From Candidatus Acidiferrales bacterium (GTDB lineage Bacteria > Chloroflexota > Dormibacteria > Dormibacterales > Dormibacteraceae), in assembly GCA_035532785.1 (NCBI GenBank), contig DATKQJ010000027.1:1886-65885 (forward strand): DNA of 64,000 nucleotides, read 5' to 3'. Of this stretch, positions 62,724 through 64,000 are shown one piece after another (position 1 is the stretch's first letter; the number at the start of each line of letters is the position of its first letter). The position numbers were made by a program, and so were the translations under genes. The notes below the pieces were generated by a model that saw nothing but the letters and a program-made list of their open reading frames with translations, made no database searches and had not been told where the DNA came from.

Positions 62724-63923
62724 ATGGGAGCCCTGGCCAAGGTCCTAACTGCGGTCGGCCTGGCGACACTGCTCCTGCTCTCCTACCTGACCGGCATCCG
62801 GGCTGCCTTCATCCTCGCCTACGCTCTGATTCTGCTCGTCGCCTGGGCCTGGGCCTGGCCGCACTTGGCCGCGCGCGGGATCGGTTTGGAGCGCCGCATC
62901 CAGTCCGGAACAGCTTCGGTCGGCGAGTCCTTCACGGAGACGCTCGAGGTTTGGAAGGCCGGTTGGGTTCCGACGCCGTGGCTGGAGGTCGTCGACATGA
63001 GCGACATTCCCGGCTACCAGGCGGGTCGGATTGTCAGCCTCAATCGCGGTCCAGTCCGCTGGACGGCCCGGGGCACATACCGCCTCCGCGGCTGGCAAAC
63101 GTTCGGACCCACGCTGCTACGGGTGGCCGAACCCTTCGGCATGTTCACCCGGGAGGTGCGTAACGACGAGCAGAATCGGATCCTGGTTCATCCGCGCGTT
63201 CACCCCCTGCCCCAGGTCGTGCTGCCCTCGACCCAGCACGCGGGCGAGACCACGCGCCACGGCGCCTGGGCGGACTACCCGCCCGAAACCGGTGGGGTCC
63301 GCGACTACACCCCAGGCGACGCCTACGGCCGGATCCACTGGCCACTTTCGGTCAAGCACGACCATCTCATGAGCAAGACCTTCGAGCAGCCCCTTACCAC
63401 CGACCTCTGGATCGCCCTCGACCTGGCCCGCAACGCCCACTGGGGCAACGGAGAAGGCTCCACCCTTGAGCTGGCGATCAGCCTCGCCGCCTCGCTCGTG
63501 GTTCAGGTCGGCCAGCTTGGACGGCTGGTCGGCCTGATGGCCAACGACCGGCGGGGTACAGCTCTTGAGCCCCATCGCGCCGAACGCGACGGACGCGCGG
63601 TTATGGACTACCTGTCGGTCGCCGGCGCCGACGGCGAGGTGCCTCTCGCTCAGGCCCTGGCCTGGGATCGAATCAGACGAGTGCCGCACCGAGGGCTGGC
63701 CGTGATCACAGCCAGTCCCGACCCGTCCTGGGTGCACGCGGTGCAGGCCGCGCGCCAGCGGGGGAGTTCCCTCATCGTCTTCTACATTGACGCCGCCAGC
63801 TTCGGAGCTCCCGCTCGCGCGGCCAGCCTCGATCTCGGCTCGGAGGTGGACCTCTACGTGATCAGGCGGGGTGACGATCTCTCTCGACTGAGGAGGACCC
63901 GCGATGTTGCGACCCTGGCCTGA
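62724..63923 (+). CDS. DUF58 domain protein (vWA-like partner of MoxR)
   Basis: Two N-terminal TM helices, then GVRDYTPGDAYGRIHWPLSVKHDHLMSKTFEQP, the DUF58 signature. Confidence 0.85.
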   Translation: MGALAKVLTAVGLATLLLLSYLTGIRAAFILAYALILLVAWAWAWPHLAARGIGLERRIQSGTASVGESFTETLEVWKAGWVPTPWLEVVDMSDIPGYQAGRIVSLNRGPVRWTARGTYRLRGWQTFGPTLLRVAEPFGMFTREVRNDEQNRILVHPRVHPLPQVVLPSTQHAGETTRHGAWADYPPETGGVRDYTPGDAYGRIHWPLSVKHDHLMSKTFEQPLTTDLWIALDLARNAHWGNGEGSTLELAISLAASLVVQVGQLGRLVGLMANDRRGTALEPHRAERDGRAVMDYLSVAGADGEVPLAQALAWDRIRRVPHRGLAVITASPDPSWVHAVQAARQRGSSLIVFYIDAASFGAPARAASLDLGSEVDLYVIRRGDDLSRLRRTRDVATLA

Positions 63924-64000
63924 GCGGGCGGCGGGAAGGCTGGGGCGACTCCACCTCCCCTCGGGGTGGGCACCTTCGCTCCTACTGGCCCTACTCCTGG
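63904..64000 (+). CDS. start of a membrane protein (possibly transglutaminase-like, as usual after MoxR-DUF58); truncated by window end
   Basis: ATG 63904 overlaps the DUF58 3' end and reads MLRPWPERAAGRLGRLHLPSGWAPSLLLALLL... Only 32 codons are visible, so the identity is inferred from context only. Confidence 0.3.
   Translation, partial: MLRPWPERAAGRLGRLHLPSGWAPSLLLALLL

Noticed and set aside
61640-64000. MoxR ATPase + DUF58 + following membrane protein as a candidate novel system
   Set aside because: This is the very common MoxR-DUF58-(transglutaminase/vWA) arrangement, and nothing is atypical in the visible part.
1-64000. Search for CRISPR arrays, rRNA, tRNA, integrases and prophage or defence-island signatures
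   Set aside because: No regularly spaced direct repeats, no rRNA- or tRNA-like sequence and no recombinase, nuclease or helicase-type ORFs were seen. The only mobile-DNA trace is the MITE-like remnant at 32948-33314.

Overview
High-GC (roughly two-thirds G+C by eye) bacterial chromosomal segment with about 60 protein-coding genes. I saw no rRNA, tRNA or CRISPR array. Gene calls rest on reading the translated ORFs for family motifs, since no searches could be run. Many long ORFs in the track are antisense shadow ORFs typical of high-GC DNA and were not called.

- **1-19 kb:** a GntR-associated catabolic island. It holds an alpha/beta hydrolase, two paralogous ThDP enzymes, a cyclase/formamidase-type hydrolase, two SMP-30/lactonase-like propellers and an amidohydrolase-2. 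It also holds an orphan Mo-hydroxylase large subunit, Ldh_2, an aldehyde dehydrogenase, an FmdA-type formamidase, a nitrilase-superfamily enzyme, DHDPS-like and RraA-like aldolases, and two small cupins.
- **19-36 kb:** assorted oxidoreductases and a NitT/TauT-type ABC importer that carries an extra leaderless DctP-like protein. Then ppc, a 367-bp MITE-like IS remnant with perfect 24-bp terminal inverted repeats, and tandem MmgE/PrpD paralogs.
- **36-40.5 kb, the most unusual locus:** a tightly coupled six-gene operon with a divergent ArsR-like regulator. The genes are a 12-TM protein with a three-fold internal repeat, DUF59, DUF2249, a cupin-hemerythrin fusion, a 7Fe ferredoxin and an OsmC-DUF2249 fusion.
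- **41-44.5 kb:** a HIBADH-like gene frameshifted inside a (GGCAGAG)x5.7 heptanucleotide repeat, followed by two M24 'pita-bread' proteins with altered metal ligands.
- **45-64 kb:** a TDT/SLAC1-family transporter, an AhpD-like protein, and narGHJI preceded by a ~690-nt gene-free leader. No narK is present, and a small CxxC protein is translationally coupled to narI. Then ndh, ftsH, a BNR-type propeller coupled to a MoaD/ThiS-like protein, and the start of a MoxR-DUF58 locus.
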